64,000 nt of DNA, from positions 33,591-97,590 of the forward strand of contig JBAZUR010000001.1 of NCBI GenBank assembly GCA_041661305.1, in the 5' to 3' direction. The notes under the pieces were generated by a model. That model was not told the origin of the DNA, made no database searches, and was given only the letters and a program-made list of their open reading frames with translations. This stretch comes from Minisyncoccota bacterium (lineage in GTDB: Bacteria > Patescibacteriota > Minisyncoccia > Phycocordibacterales > VMEP01). How positions within the stretch are numbered: the stretch's first letter is position 1; each line of letters starts with the position of its first letter. Made by a program: the position numbers and the translations under genes. Below, one piece after another: positions 29,995-40,185 of the stretch.

Positions 29995-30246
29995 ATGAAA
30001 TCATTCACCCAGAAAGTTTTAGAAGTGGTTTCAAAAATACCAAAGGGTAAAACCTTAACGTATAAAGAAGTGGCGCAAAGAGTGGGGAATCCAAAGGCTT
30101 ATCGTGCTGTTGGGAATATTCTAAATAAAAATTATAACCCTAAAATTCCGTGTCATAGAGTAGTGCGAAGTGACGGAAAAATTGGTGGGTATAATCGAGG
30201 GGAGAAAAAGAAACGAGCGCTTCTTAAAAAAGAAAAACCAATCTAA
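29995..30246 (+). CDS. MGMT family protein (methylated-DNA--protein-cysteine methyltransferase domain)
   Basis: IPKGKTLTY, RAVG, PCHRVV. Confidence 0.9.
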   Translation: MKSFTQKVLEVVSKIPKGKTLTYKEVAQRVGNPKAYRAVGNILNKNYNPKIPCHRVVRSDGKIGGYNRGEKKKRALLKKEKPI

Positions 30247-31184
30247 TTTTTTCCGTGAAGATAGATGTAGATGTCTTCCAGTGCTTTAACGGCATCGCCT
30301 GCGGCGATATTGTTTTGATGATACAAACCATCTGTGACATCTCCGGCTGCCCAAATACCTAGAGTTGATGTACGTTGGTTTCTTGGATCAACGACAATGT
30401 TTTTGCGCTCGTTTAAAGTAATAGTTCCTTCCACTAATCCTGTATTTGGAACTTGTCCGATTTCAATAAAAATACCATCAGTTTTTATTGTGTGTGTTTC
30501 TTCAGTTTTTACATCACGATAGGTGAGCGACTCTACGAAATCACCTCCATCAACTTGAATAGTTTCAGCGTTTGAAATTACTTTTGTTTTTTCGTTTTTT
30601 AAAACAGCCTCTACTGTGCCAGGATCTGCTTTGCTGAAATCAGAACCACGGTTTAGCAAAGTGACACTTTTACAATAGGCGAGAAGTTGGGCAGCTGATT
30701 CAAAGCCAGCATTTCCGGCGCCAATAACAATAACATCCTTATCTGAATAGAGAGGGCCGTCGCAAGAAGCACAATAAGTAATACCTTTGTGTTCGAACTT
30801 ATCGGCATTTATGGCGTTTAGTTTTTTTCGCGCACTACCTGTTGCAACAAGGATTGAACGTCCAATGAATGTTTTACCAGAAGCGCTTTCAATAGAAAAA
30901 TTTTCACTGTCTTTTTTAATAGAAGTGATACTTTCACCCTCCTTTATTTCAAGAACATCCTCTGCGTAAGCTTGAAGATGTTTTTTGAAACTTTCAGCAA
31001 GGTCGATTCCAGAAATTGAAGGTGTTCCTATCCAGTTATGAATATCTGGTGAGACGACAGATTGTCCGCCGAAATCGTTAGTCAAAAGAAGCGTTTTCAA
31101 GCGTTTTCTTGCGGCGTAAACTCCGGCGGCAGAGCCGGCCGGACCACCGCCTATTATGATTAGGTCGTAGACAGAAGTGGTCAT
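30243..31184 (-). CDS. trxB: Thioredoxin reductase-like FAD oxidoreductase
   Basis: GGGPAG, CASCD, GAGNAG, AAGD. Confidence 0.88.
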   Translation of the reverse strand: MTTSVYDLIIIGGGPAGSAAGVYAARKRLKTLLLTNDFGGQSVVSPDIHNWIGTPSISGIDLAESFKKHLQAYAEDVLEIKEGESITSIKKDSENFSIESASGKTFIGRSILVATGSARKKLNAINADKFEHKGITYCASCDGPLYSDKDVIVIGAGNAGFESAAQLLAYCKSVTLLNRGSDFSKADPGTVEAVLKNEKTKVISNAETIQVDGGDFVESLTYRDVKTEETHTIKTDGIFIEIGQVPNTGLVEGTITLNERKNIVVDPRNQRTSTLGIWAAGDVTDGLYHQNNIAAGDAVKALEDIYIYLHGKN

Positions 31185-31187
31185 TAA

Positions 31188-32360
31188 TTATTTTTGTTTT
31201 GAACGGCGTAAAAATGCTGGTACGGCACCCCAGTCGTCATCGTCAGTTTTTTCTTCTTTCTTAACTTCCTTTGGTTGATCTTTTGTTTCCTTTGTTATTT
31301 CAATTTTTGTTGGCTCGGTTGAAACAATTGCCACAGCACCTATTGTTGCGTCCTTTTTCTCATCTTTTTGTGAAAACTGGAATAGAGATGGTTTTCTCGG
31401 AATAGATGTTGGGAAGCCAGTTGCGATAACAGTGATTCTTATCTCGTCTTTCTTTAGTCTTTCGTCACGGATTGCTCCGAATATAACTTTTGCGTCTTTG
31501 TCGATTGATTCGGTAATTATTTTTGCTGCCTCTTGAACTTCGTGCATTGTGAGGTCATCTCCTCCGGCAATTGCAAACAAGACACCTTTTGCGCCTTCTA
31601 TAGAAATCTCAAGAAGAGGGGAGTTAATGGCTGCTATTGCGGCTTTTTCGGCCCGCTTTTCGCCAGTTGCACGGCCGATACCCATGAGAGCAGAACCTGC
31701 GTCTGCCATAACGGCACGAATGTCTGCGAAGTCTACGTTAACTATTCCAGGGATAGTGATAAGTTCAGAAATTCCCTCAACAGCTTGGCGTAATATCTCG
31801 TCGCACATTGCGAATGAATCCTTAAGGCTTGTGTCTTTACCAACAGCCGCTAGTAGGCGGTCGTTTGGAACAACAATAAGAGCATCCACTTCTTTTTCTA
31901 GGTCCTCGAGGCCTTTTTCAGCCAATCTCATTCTTTGGTTTCCTTCAAAAAAGAATGGCTTTGTGACAACACCGACAGTAAGGACTCCTTGCTCTTTTGC
32001 AATTTTAGCGACAACTGGAGCGGCGCCTGTTCCTGTTCCACCACCCATTCCGCAAGCGATAAAAACCATATCAGCACCCTTAAGTGCATCAACGATTTCA
32101 TCTTTTGTTTCTTCTGCTGCGCGCTTACCAACCTCTGGATTCATTCCAGCACCGAGTCCTTTTGTTAAATTTTTCCCAATATGGATTTTTTTTGTAGCGA
32201 GAGAGTAGTGAAGATCTTGAGTATCAGTGTTCATCGCAAGAAAATCAACGCCTTTAACCTTAGAATTAATCATGTGGTTCAAAGCATTGTTTCCAGAACC
32301 ACCCACACCCAAAACTTTAATTCTTGCAAATGCTTCTATTACTGGATTGATTTTTGGCAT
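31188..32360 (-). CDS. ftsZ: Cell division protein FtsZ
   Basis: GMGGGTGTG, NVDFAD, C-terminal VPAFLRR. Confidence 0.98.
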   Translation of the reverse strand: MPKINPVIEAFARIKVLGVGGSGNNALNHMINSKVKGVDFLAMNTDTQDLHYSLATKKIHIGKNLTKGLGAGMNPEVGKRAAEETKDEIVDALKGADMVFIACGMGGGTGTGAAPVVAKIAKEQGVLTVGVVTKPFFFEGNQRMRLAEKGLEDLEKEVDALIVVPNDRLLAAVGKDTSLKDSFAMCDEILRQAVEGISELITIPGIVNVDFADIRAVMADAGSALMGIGRATGEKRAEKAAIAAINSPLLEISIEGAKGVLFAIAGGDDLTMHEVQEAAKIITESIDKDAKVIFGAIRDERLKKDEIRITVIATGFPTSIPRKPSLFQFSQKDEKKDATIGAVAIVSTEPTKIEITKETKDQPKEVKKEEKTDDDDWGAVPAFLRRSKQK

Positions 32361-32487
32361 AATGTTTCTTGTTGGTCTAACGTTGACCTCTCCTTAATGC
32401 TTATTAAAAGTTTTCATATCATAACAGAAAAAGGCTAAAAAAAGAAAGACTCCATTTTCGCTTTTAAGTACCCGGTTTTACGTAGTT

Positions 32488-33648
32488 TTAAGGCAAAAGA
32501 CTCTTCACAAAGTCTTTAATTCCAGAGGAAATATCGCCCCATAAGCCGACTTCTTTACTTTCGTCATTTTTACCAGCAATACATAGTCCATACGGGACAA
32601 ACCACGTAGAGTCTAGCATTTTTGGTTTACCAGAACTTGTGTCGACTATCTCTTTTCCGAGCACCTTAACAGGAAGAGAAAGCGATGCACGAGCCAAGTC
32701 TTCTACTGTAGAAATACCAGAACCACCACCTGTGATAAATATACCAGCCGGGAGTAATCCACTTCTGCCAATTTTTTTTAAATGATTATCAATAAGTTCA
32801 AATATGTCTGTTAAACGTGCCTCGATTATTTCTTCAAGACGTTTACGGGGATATTGGTCACGTTTTTCTCCACGTTTTATCACCTCCGCTTCTTCAAGAG
32901 AAACACGCAAGCCGAGTGCAATATCGCTTGTAATATCTGTTGATCCTATTTGGAAAACATGAAGTGAGATTGGAACATCGTTTTCAAAAACTACAAGCGA
33001 GACCGTTTCTGCGCCAATATTTACAATTGCGCAACCAACGGTTTTTTGTCTTTTATTAACAGCAACGTAGCTTGCTGCAAGTGGAGAAGCAACAACCTCA
33101 GCAACTTGCACACCCGCTTCTTCGACAACAAGAGCCATGTCTTCTAAATGTTGTTTTAGACATGTAATAAAAAGCGTTTTTACTTCAAGCTTGAGACCTT
33201 TCATTCCCACAGCTCTACCGTGAACCTCTTTTCCGTCTATTTTAAAGCCGACAGGAATTATTTTTATTATCTTTCGGTTATTTAAGGCTCCGATATTTTT
33301 TTTACACTCCTCGACTGCTTTTGCAATATCACCTTCAGAGACCTCACTGTCACCACGTGAGATGACCGCAGTTCCTGAGGTCAAAACTGAATCAAGGCTA
33401 ATCCCACCCAAAGATAAGAATGCTTTTTTGATTGTAAAACGGGAGTTTTTTTCGGCGTCTCGAATTGCTCTCTCGACGCACTTAACAGCTTCTTCTGATT
33501 GGATGACGTATCCGTGCCTTAATCCACGAGATTCCGCGATACCGGTGCCGATAATTCTTGGTAATTCGGTGTTAGGAAAATACTCCGCGACTACAACGCG
33601 GACAAGAGAAGTTCCTACATCTATGCCAACAACTATTTTTCTCGCCAT
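32488..33648 (-). CDS. ftsA: Cell division protein FtsA
   Basis: GIDVGTS, ITGGGS; adjacent to ftsZ. Confidence 0.95.
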   Translation of the reverse strand: MARKIVVGIDVGTSLVRVVVAEYFPNTELPRIIGTGIAESRGLRHGYVIQSEEAVKCVERAIRDAEKNSRFTIKKAFLSLGGISLDSVLTSGTAVISRGDSEVSEGDIAKAVEECKKNIGALNNRKIIKIIPVGFKIDGKEVHGRAVGMKGLKLEVKTLFITCLKQHLEDMALVVEEAGVQVAEVVASPLAASYVAVNKRQKTVGCAIVNIGAETVSLVVFENDVPISLHVFQIGSTDITSDIALGLRVSLEEAEVIKRGEKRDQYPRKRLEEIIEARLTDIFELIDNHLKKIGRSGLLPAGIFITGGGSGISTVEDLARASLSLPVKVLGKEIVDTSSGKPKMLDSTWFVPYGLCIAGKNDESKEVGLWGDISSGIKDFVKSLLP

Positions 33649-33704
33649 GAGCTTAAAAATTAAGCAGTGAGAGAGTAAAAATGTTAGCTTCTTTTACTTG
33701 TTAA

Positions 33705-34097
33705 TTAAAGCAAACCGAATTTGTCCATCACCACCTTTTCTTTGCTCTCCATTGTACTACCATGTTGCATTCCTTTCAAATGAAGCATCGCGTGGATAAC
33801 CAGATGGCCAACAAAATTTTTGTAAGTCGTATTAAAAAGGGGAGCATCATGTCTCGCTGTTTTTAAAGAAATGATTATTTCACCATTTCCTTTTTCATAC
33901 GCAAAGGAAAGAACGTTTGTTGGTTTGTTTTTACCGCGATATTTTTTATTTAATTCCTGAGATTTTTTAAGACCAACAAAAGCAATTGAGAGGTTATAGT
34001 TTTTACCTAAAACTGTGTTTTTTATTGCCACAAAAGGCAAGCTTGGAAGCTTGCCTTTTGTTTCTCTTATTACCGAAAGATTATCTTTCTCTATCAT
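33705..34097 (-). CDS. ybeY: rRNA maturation RNase YbeY
   Basis: LNKKYRGKNKPTNVLSF; HAMLHLKGMQH. Confidence 0.92.
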   Translation of the reverse strand: MIEKDNLSVIRETKGKLPSLPFVAIKNTVLGKNYNLSIAFVGLKKSQELNKKYRGKNKPTNVLSFAYEKGNGEIIISLKTARHDAPLFNTTYKNFVGHLVIHAMLHLKGMQHGSTMESKEKVVMDKFGLL

Positions 34098-34099
34098 TT

Positions 34100-34348
34100 T
34101 TATCGGAACGATCTCCTTTTCTTTTCTGGTAGTTTACCAAGTTTCTTTAGTTTTTCGTATTCAACTCTGCGTCCAATAACTACCAATGCACTTCTTTTTT
34201 TAGCTAGTTTTGATTTTCCGCGTTGATTGTATCTAATACTTCGAACCTTTCTTAAAACGCCAGATTCCTGGACGCGCTTAGTAAAGCGACGCAAAAGATT
34301 TGTGCCGTTTTCGTTATTATTCTTAGTGACTTCAACGTTTATTCCCAT
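34100..34348 (-). CDS. rpsU: 30S ribosomal protein bS21-like
   Basis: VEVTKNNNE...LLRRFTKRVQESGVL; basic protein. Confidence 0.75.
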   Translation of the reverse strand: MGINVEVTKNNNENGTNLLRRFTKRVQESGVLRKVRSIRYNQRGKSKLAKKRSALVVIGRRVEYEKLKKLGKLPEKKRRSFR

Positions 34349-34394
34349 GAAGGCAAATCCTATCACAGAGTGCCTGTGTGGGCAACCCCTTAGA

Positions 34395-35744
34395 TTATCG
34401 TTCCTTTATCTTTTTTATGTAGTCGGCGAGTTCCTCTATTTTTACGGTATCTTGGGAGCGGGTGGCCATATCGCGGACGATAACTGTGCCCTCTAGTGCT
34501 TCTTTTTGTCCAAAGATAATCGTATACGGGACTTCAAGACGCTCTGCTGTTGAAAGCTGGGCAGAAAGGTTGTCTTTTGCAAGGGTTTGGGCCATAGGAA
34601 TGCGCGCCTTACGGAGAATCTCCACAATGGCAAGACTCTTTAGTTTTGCCTCAAAACCAAGCTGGATAAAGCAAACTTTTGGCTTTTTGATAATTCTAGG
34701 AGAAAGTGGTTTGTGGTTTTTCGACATGATAATTCGGTCGACACCAATACTTGCTCCAACCGACGGCACGTCTTTTTTTGAACCCAGAAGTTTCCCGAGG
34801 TAGTCATATCTTCCTCCTCCAGCAAGGGAGAGAGGCTGGCGCTCTATTACTTCTGTTTTTACTTCTCCATTTTCTGTTGCAACTTCAGTAACTTCATCAA
34901 GCACTTCAACGAACTCAAAAACAGTTTTCGTGTAATAGCTTAGTCCGCGAACGAGGTTGTGGTTAATGCGATAAGGAATACCCATTTCTTCTAGATACTC
35001 AAGGACCTCTTTGAAGTGAGCTTTACATGAACTACAAAGATAAGTTATCGAGTTCGGAGCACCCTCCTTGATAGGAATACATTTTTCGTTTTTACAATCG
35101 AGCAAGCGGAGTGGATTTGTTTTCAATCTATCTCGGCAATTTCCACAAATGTTGTCTAAGTGTTTTTTGTAATAGTTCGTTAGTTCTCGGATATATGTTC
35201 CACGACACTCTTTGTCACCAATGCTGTTTATATCAAGAGAAATTTTTTCAATACCAGCTTCGTTTAAAATAGTAGCAAACGTGCGGATTATAATTGCATC
35301 AGCGATACTTTTTTGGGTCCCGAGTATTTCTAGGCTAAATTGTCGCAACTCACGCAAGCGTCCACGTTGTGGGTTGTCGTGTCTGAAATAAGGACCATAG
35401 GAATAAAGCATCACTGGTTGGGGTAATGCCTGCATTCCATTTTCGATATATGCTCGCATAACGCCAGCAGTTCCTTCTGGGCGCATTGCTAAATGGTCAC
35501 CTCCTTTTGTTTTTAGGGTGTACATTTCTTTGTCGATAATATCTGTTCCCTCACCAATCCCAGAAGTGAAAACTTCTTCCTTTTCTAATATTGGGGTTTC
35601 AATTGGTTTGAACCCATAGTAGATAGCAACTTCCTGTGCTTTTTCGAAAAAACCTTGGTACTGATAATACTCATCATCCAAAATATCGCGCATTCCTTTT
35701 GGGGCGTTTAAGGTCTCTTTGTTTGGTTTTTTTTCTTGATTCAT
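34395..35744 (-). CDS. hisS: Histidine--tRNA ligase
   Basis: PKGMRD, RPEGTA, LVRGLSYY, GGGRYD. The longer start at 35765 lies inside the MITE. Confidence 0.97.
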   Translation of the reverse strand: MNQEKKPNKETLNAPKGMRDILDDEYYQYQGFFEKAQEVAIYYGFKPIETPILEKEEVFTSGIGEGTDIIDKEMYTLKTKGGDHLAMRPEGTAGVMRAYIENGMQALPQPVMLYSYGPYFRHDNPQRGRLRELRQFSLEILGTQKSIADAIIIRTFATILNEAGIEKISLDINSIGDKECRGTYIRELTNYYKKHLDNICGNCRDRLKTNPLRLLDCKNEKCIPIKEGAPNSITYLCSSCKAHFKEVLEYLEEMGIPYRINHNLVRGLSYYTKTVFEFVEVLDEVTEVATENGEVKTEVIERQPLSLAGGGRYDYLGKLLGSKKDVPSVGASIGVDRIIMSKNHKPLSPRIIKKPKVCFIQLGFEAKLKSLAIVEILRKARIPMAQTLAKDNLSAQLSTAERLEVPYTIIFGQKEALEGTVIVRDMATRSQDTVKIEELADYIKKIKER

Positions 35745-35864
35745 CCCGTTAGAAATAGGAAGCACTAGTGCTTCCGTTATTTAATTTAATAACTATTGCT
35801 TGGCTGACTGATTGTATGGTAAATGTCTTCATCGGTAAAATATAACTTGGTGATTTCTAACGGG
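35745..35864. mobile_element. 120-bp MITE-like element at the hisS start codon
   Basis: CCCGTTAGAAAT...ATTTCTAACGGG terminal repeats; hairpin ggaagcactagtgcttcc; ATGA on both flanks (minus strand). Confidence 0.7.
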
Positions 35865-35873
35865 ATCATATTT

Positions 35874-36467
35874 TTAATTAATTCCACCTGGGTAATAAGA
35901 GATACGGTTTAGCGGGAAAAGGCGAAAGAGGGCCTGGCCGACGATGGCGTCGCGCCTCACCGGACCAACCATTCGTGAATCAAGAGAGAGTGGTCGGTTA
36001 TCTCCCATAACAAAATATTGATCGTCTCCAAGTGTTGCTTCAAAATTACCCGTTTTGATATCTTTTAAATATGGCTCGGTGACAACAAATCCAGTTTTAT
36101 TTTCGGCATTTATTACTGTGAGAACGTTGTTTCTGTAGCGGAGAGTTTCACCAGGTAGACCCATTATGCGTTTAATCAAATTCTCAGACGCATTTCCAGG
36201 TTTTTTGACTATAACAACATCACCCCTTTTTGGCTCGTTAAAGCGATAGGAAATTTCGTCTACGATGAGGTATTCACCAGTTTCAAATGTTGGAGACATT
36301 GAAACGCCAGAAACTATAAATGGCTGAGCAATAAAATATCTGAAGGGAAGAACGATAAGTGCGGCGATAATCGCAAAACGGAAAATTTCTCCCCAGAATG
36401 ACTCTAGAGGTTTTTCTTTTTCGCTATTACTCATAGGTGGTGGCGTAATTTTTTCTCGCTCATCCAT
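35874..36467 (-). CDS. lepB: Signal peptidase I
   Basis: SGVSMSPT, LIKRIMG, GDNR...DSR. Confidence 0.95.
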   Translation of the reverse strand: MDEREKITPPPMSNSEKEKPLESFWGEIFRFAIIAALIVLPFRYFIAQPFIVSGVSMSPTFETGEYLIVDEISYRFNEPKRGDVVIVKKPGNASENLIKRIMGLPGETLRYRNNVLTVINAENKTGFVVTEPYLKDIKTGNFEATLGDDQYFVMGDNRPLSLDSRMVGPVRRDAIVGQALFRLFPLNRISYYPGGIN

Positions 36468-36599
36468 ATTGTTTGCGAATGATACTACTTTTTTGTGTAT
36501 TGACACAAGATTTTTTTACGTGCTCTGGTGTTTTTCAAATTAAAAAATCCGACACAGTGCTTGTGTCGGATTGTTTTCCTGTTGCTATTGGTGAAAGAG

Positions 36600-36860
36600 T
36601 TAGCCGTGCTTCTCATTACGACCACGCTGGTGCCCGCGAACTTGGTTGAAGGGGGTCCTTCTTCCTCGTGATTTTTTGCCAATGATTTTTGGGTCAAAAT
36701 CTTTTTGCGGTACCACCGGCGTGGCGATAGCTTCTTTCAATAGCGGAGTTTTTGGGGTTACAGCTACTTCGGCTGAGATTACCCCCACTCTTGCCAGGAA
36801 CTTTGCCAGGAAAGATGATGATAATCTGCGCTTAAAGTAGCCGTTCACGGCAACCTCCAT
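36600..36860 (-). CDS. Hypothetical protein
   Basis: Short ORF between lepB and pth, followed by a hairpin. Confidence 0.4.
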   Translation of the reverse strand: MEVAVNGYFKRRLSSSFLAKFLARVGVISAEVAVTPKTPLLKEAIATPVVPQKDFDPKIIGKKSRGRRTPFNQVRGHQRGRNEKHG

Positions 36861-36963
36861 ATTTAACGAACAGACTCATATTATGACATAAATTTTGTAA
36901 AAGAAAAGAGCTATCTTTCCTCCTGATTTTTTAGATATGGGAATATACTGTAATATTGAAAAT

Positions 36964-37554
36964 ATGAATTACATCGTTGTTGGACTAGGAAATCCAGGAG
37001 AGGAATATGAAATGACGCGTCATAACACTGGGCGCATTGTTCTCGCGCCATTTCACAAGAAAGAAGATTTTTCCGACTGGAAAATCGACAAGAAGTTAAA
37101 GGCATTAGTTTCAGTTGGTAAAATCGGAAAAGATAAAGTAGAAATTATTTTTCCAGAAACTTTTATGAACAAATCTGGAGCAAGTATTGCGCCGGTGGTC
37201 AAAAATAAAAAACAGGCAGAAAGATTGATTGTTGTTCAAGATGATTTAGATTTACCGCTTGGCACAATAAAAATTTCTTTCAATCGCGGTTCCGGTGGTC
37301 ATAAGGGGATTGAGTCAATAATAAGAGCGATAAAAACAGAAGCATTTGTTCGCGTTCGTGTTGGTGTTTCACCAAAGACGACAAAAGGAAAAGCAAAAAA
37401 ACCAAAAGGCGAAGATAAGATTGTTGATTTTATTATTGGCAAATTTTCTAAATTAGAACAAGAAGCAATAAAAAAAGTTGGCAAGCAAGTTACTGAAGCG
37501 ATTACGGTCCTTGTAAAAGAAGGTCGCGAAAAAGCGATGGGGGAGTTTAATTAG
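36964..37554 (+). CDS. pth: Peptidyl-tRNA hydrolase
   Basis: VGLGNPG, TRHNTG, TFMNKSG, GGHKG. Confidence 0.96.
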   Translation: MNYIVVGLGNPGEEYEMTRHNTGRIVLAPFHKKEDFSDWKIDKKLKALVSVGKIGKDKVEIIFPETFMNKSGASIAPVVKNKKQAERLIVVQDDLDLPLGTIKISFNRGSGGHKGIESIIRAIKTEAFVRVRVGVSPKTTKGKAKKPKGEDKIVDFIIGKFSKLEQEAIKKVGKQVTEAITVLVKEGREKAMGEFN

Positions 37555-37626
37555 TTTCTAAACTTTCACTTAAATACTATTCGTGTTAGTTTTTGGTAAG
37601 CATTTTCTTTTGGAGGATGATTTATC

Positions 37627-37950
37627 ATGGCGAGACGCAAAAAACTGGTTCATAAGAGTATTTGGTTTGAGAGGACAAAGGCGAAAGATGGCACTGGGCC
37701 AAGGGAGAAGGCCTTTGCTCATACTTGGGAAAAGGAGAACGTTCCTCGGCGACATTTCCCGTTTTCCAATTCTTGTTCGCGCCTTGAAATGCTCATGCGC
37801 GATGAAGAAAAGTTGATTCCCGTGTCTCAGGAGTCAGCGACGGCAGTTGCGACGATTGTCCAGTGGCTTGGGTCAAATTGCGGGTGGGTCTTTCTCGAGG
37901 CGGCATTGCATAATGCCGGATACCGCATTGTTCCATTGAAAGAGAAGTGA
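37627..37950 (+). CDS. Hypothetical protein (GC-richer orphan)
   Basis: GGAGG SD motif; terminator-like hairpin aaaatcgcccca..tggggcgatttt downstream. Confidence 0.7.
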   Translation: MARRKKLVHKSIWFERTKAKDGTGPREKAFAHTWEKENVPRRHFPFSNSCSRLEMLMRDEEKLIPVSQESATAVATIVQWLGSNCGWVFLEAALHNAGYRIVPLKEK

Positions 37951-38028
37951 ATGGAACAACCGGAAAACAAAATCGCCCCATGTGGGGCGATTTTTTCTTG
38001 CATTTTGTGTTTAACTTTAGAGTGAGAT

Positions 38029-38116
38029 ATGTCTTTTTGAAAACATTGCGCAGGCCGACGAGGCCGAGCATAGCGATTCGCTAGCAAGCGAATACGCGTG
38101 TTTTCAAAAAGAGCAT
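38029..38116. repeat. Intergenic palindromic repeat, family 2 copy 1
   Basis: tttgaaaacattgcgcag-hairpin-gagcatagc-hairpin-cgtgttttcaaa. Confidence 0.75.
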
Positions 38117-38128
38117 AGCGAGCGGTTT

Positions 38129-39274
38129 TTATTTCTTTTTCGATTCGTCTAAGTAGGTGAGCGTCATTCTTTGTTCCTTTGGTTCAAAGAAAGTGATTTG
38201 GAAGTTGTAAGTCTTTCCAAGCTCTAATGCTTCACGAATTTTTTCTTCAGAACCAAATTCGGAAACATGAGCCAATCCCGCGACACCTTCTTCGATTGAG
38301 ACAAGCGCACCGTGTTTGTTGAACTTAATAACAACACCATTCACGATATCGCCTTTTTTGTATCTCTTCTCGATACCTTTCCATGGGTTTTCCTTGAGAG
38401 CCTTGATGGATAAGGAAATCTTTCCTTCTTTGATTTCGATAACCTTGACCTTTATCTTGTCTCCAACTCTAAACATTGAGCGTGGATCTTCTACGAGACC
38501 CCAATCAATTTCCGAGATATGAACAAGACCTTCGAGACCATCTTCAATTTTAATGAAGACGCCGAAGTCGACAATGCCTGTCACTTCGCCAAGAAGTTCG
38601 TCGCCAACCTCAAACTTGGAAAGGACGGCATCTCGTTCCTTGTGATCTTCTCCTTTTTCAGAAAAGATAAGTTTTCCTTCTTTAGGACTTGCCGAGATGA
38701 TGTAAACACCAAGTTTTGTTCCAACGAGTTTCTTTAACTCACGCAAGATTTTGTCTTTGTCGCCATCTTCAACGCGTGGATAGTGTTCAGGTTTTAGTTG
38801 AGAAGCAGGGAGGAATCCAACGATACCTTGCCATTCAATAATAAGACCGCCCTTGTTTGCCTCTTTGATTGGAAGCTCAAGAGTTGTCTTTGCTTTGATT
38901 GCGGCCTCAGCGTCGCTCCAAATAAGAGCTTGGCGAGCCTCCTTGAGAGACAACTCAATATATCCATCTTCGTTTACAGTTGAAACAACCTTCGCTTTAA
39001 CAGAATCACCGATATTTATTTTTTTGATAATTTCTCGGGCATTTATAAATTCACGTCCGAAAATAATACCTGTTCCAAACGGCTTCAAATCAACAAACAC
39101 CGCTGCACGCTCAATTCCAATGACTGGTCCTTCAATCAAGTCCTCGTCTTTTAACATCGCGCCACTGTGCTCAACAACCATCTTAAGCGCATTCGCTTTT
39201 TTTAACGCCTCCTCGTATTCGGCTAATTCCGAAAAATCAGCTAAATCAAATTTCTCTTTCTTTTTTGCAGTCAT
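38129..39274 (-). CDS. rpsA: 30S ribosomal protein S1 (four S1 domains)
   Basis: GFLPASQL, GLVHISEI, ISLSIK. Confidence 0.92.
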   Translation of the reverse strand: MTAKKKEKFDLADFSELAEYEEALKKANALKMVVEHSGAMLKDEDLIEGPVIGIERAAVFVDLKPFGTGIIFGREFINAREIIKKINIGDSVKAKVVSTVNEDGYIELSLKEARQALIWSDAEAAIKAKTTLELPIKEANKGGLIIEWQGIVGFLPASQLKPEHYPRVEDGDKDKILRELKKLVGTKLGVYIISASPKEGKLIFSEKGEDHKERDAVLSKFEVGDELLGEVTGIVDFGVFIKIEDGLEGLVHISEIDWGLVEDPRSMFRVGDKIKVKVIEIKEGKISLSIKALKENPWKGIEKRYKKGDIVNGVVIKFNKHGALVSIEEGVAGLAHVSEFGSEEKIREALELGKTYNFQITFFEPKEQRMTLTYLDESKKK

Positions 39275-40035
39275 AATAATTAATTAAAAAAATCCGCCAC
39301 CTTATGCAGGTGAAGCGGAATATCTCCCAGATTCGCTTGTGTACTACTAAAACTGGAGCCAAGCGAGGTTAACTGGGAAATCCGCTGTTAATGACGAAAA
39401 GGTAACACAAAGCGGATAAAAGTTCAATGTTTTGTGGTGCTAAAAATAAAAAAGTAAAAGCCCGCATTATGCGGGCTTCCCCCAATCCGGGTTTCGGTTT
39501 AGGGTCGTCTCGGTGGACGTCTGTACGGCGCGTGGCGCAGTTTCTGGCACATGGCTGTCTCCAATTTGTTTTGGATGTTGCTTAGGGTTTTATTCGAACC
39601 CCGAGTTTTAAAACTCCTTTCTCTTGTTGAAGATTTAATTGAGGATTTGGCCGGGGCAACACTTTCGTGTGGTCGCCCCGGCCTCCCCAAACGCGGGAGG
39701 TTTTCCCGCGAACCAGATTGTCCGCCGGTGGAGTTTAGCCCAATGTGGGAATTCTCTCCGAGCGAGGCGCGACATCTGGCACTACCCCAACTTTCGTTGG
39801 GTACTTCTGGCTTGCCGTTGCCCTGGTTTCAGGTCGTGCCGGCGGCCGCGCAGTTGTCGCTGATCGTCTTGCCCTGGTTGATTTCGTTGAATTTTAAACA
39901 ACACTCCTCACTTGCCGTTGCCGGCGGTCCGTGCATATACATGGCGATCTCCTCTAGAACTTCAGCCTTTGGTTTTTTAGGTTAGAAACCAAGGGTACCA
40001 AAACCGCCCCTTTTTGGAACGTGCTACTAGGGAAA

Positions 40036-40064
40036 AGGTTAGCACGGAACTGTATTATTGTCAA
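40036..40064 (-). promoter_or_regulatory. Sigma70-type promoter
   Basis: TTGACA-17 nt-TAACCT with extended TG. Confidence 0.65.
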
Positions 40065-40117
40065 CCATTAAAAACTGGCTCAAATAAAGGAGTTTTTAGG
40101 TAATTAGTGTTTAAATT

Positions 40118-40185
40118 TCGTGGAAAAGTGCTTTTTTTCTTTCTTCAAAAAAGAGAACAAATGTTAACCACGCAAGAATGCTCAT
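40118..40185 (-). repeat. 68-bp duplicate of the MFS gene 3' end
   Basis: Identical to 40536-40603. Confidence 0.9.

Noticed and set aside
31549-32208. Long antisense ORFs (also 44546, 53582, 58525)
   Set aside because: Opposite-strand shadows of ftsZ, gyrA, infB and clpB.
39286-39400. SRP (4.5S) RNA
   Set aside because: Lacks the conserved domain IV GGAA tetraloop with CAGG/AGCA bulge.
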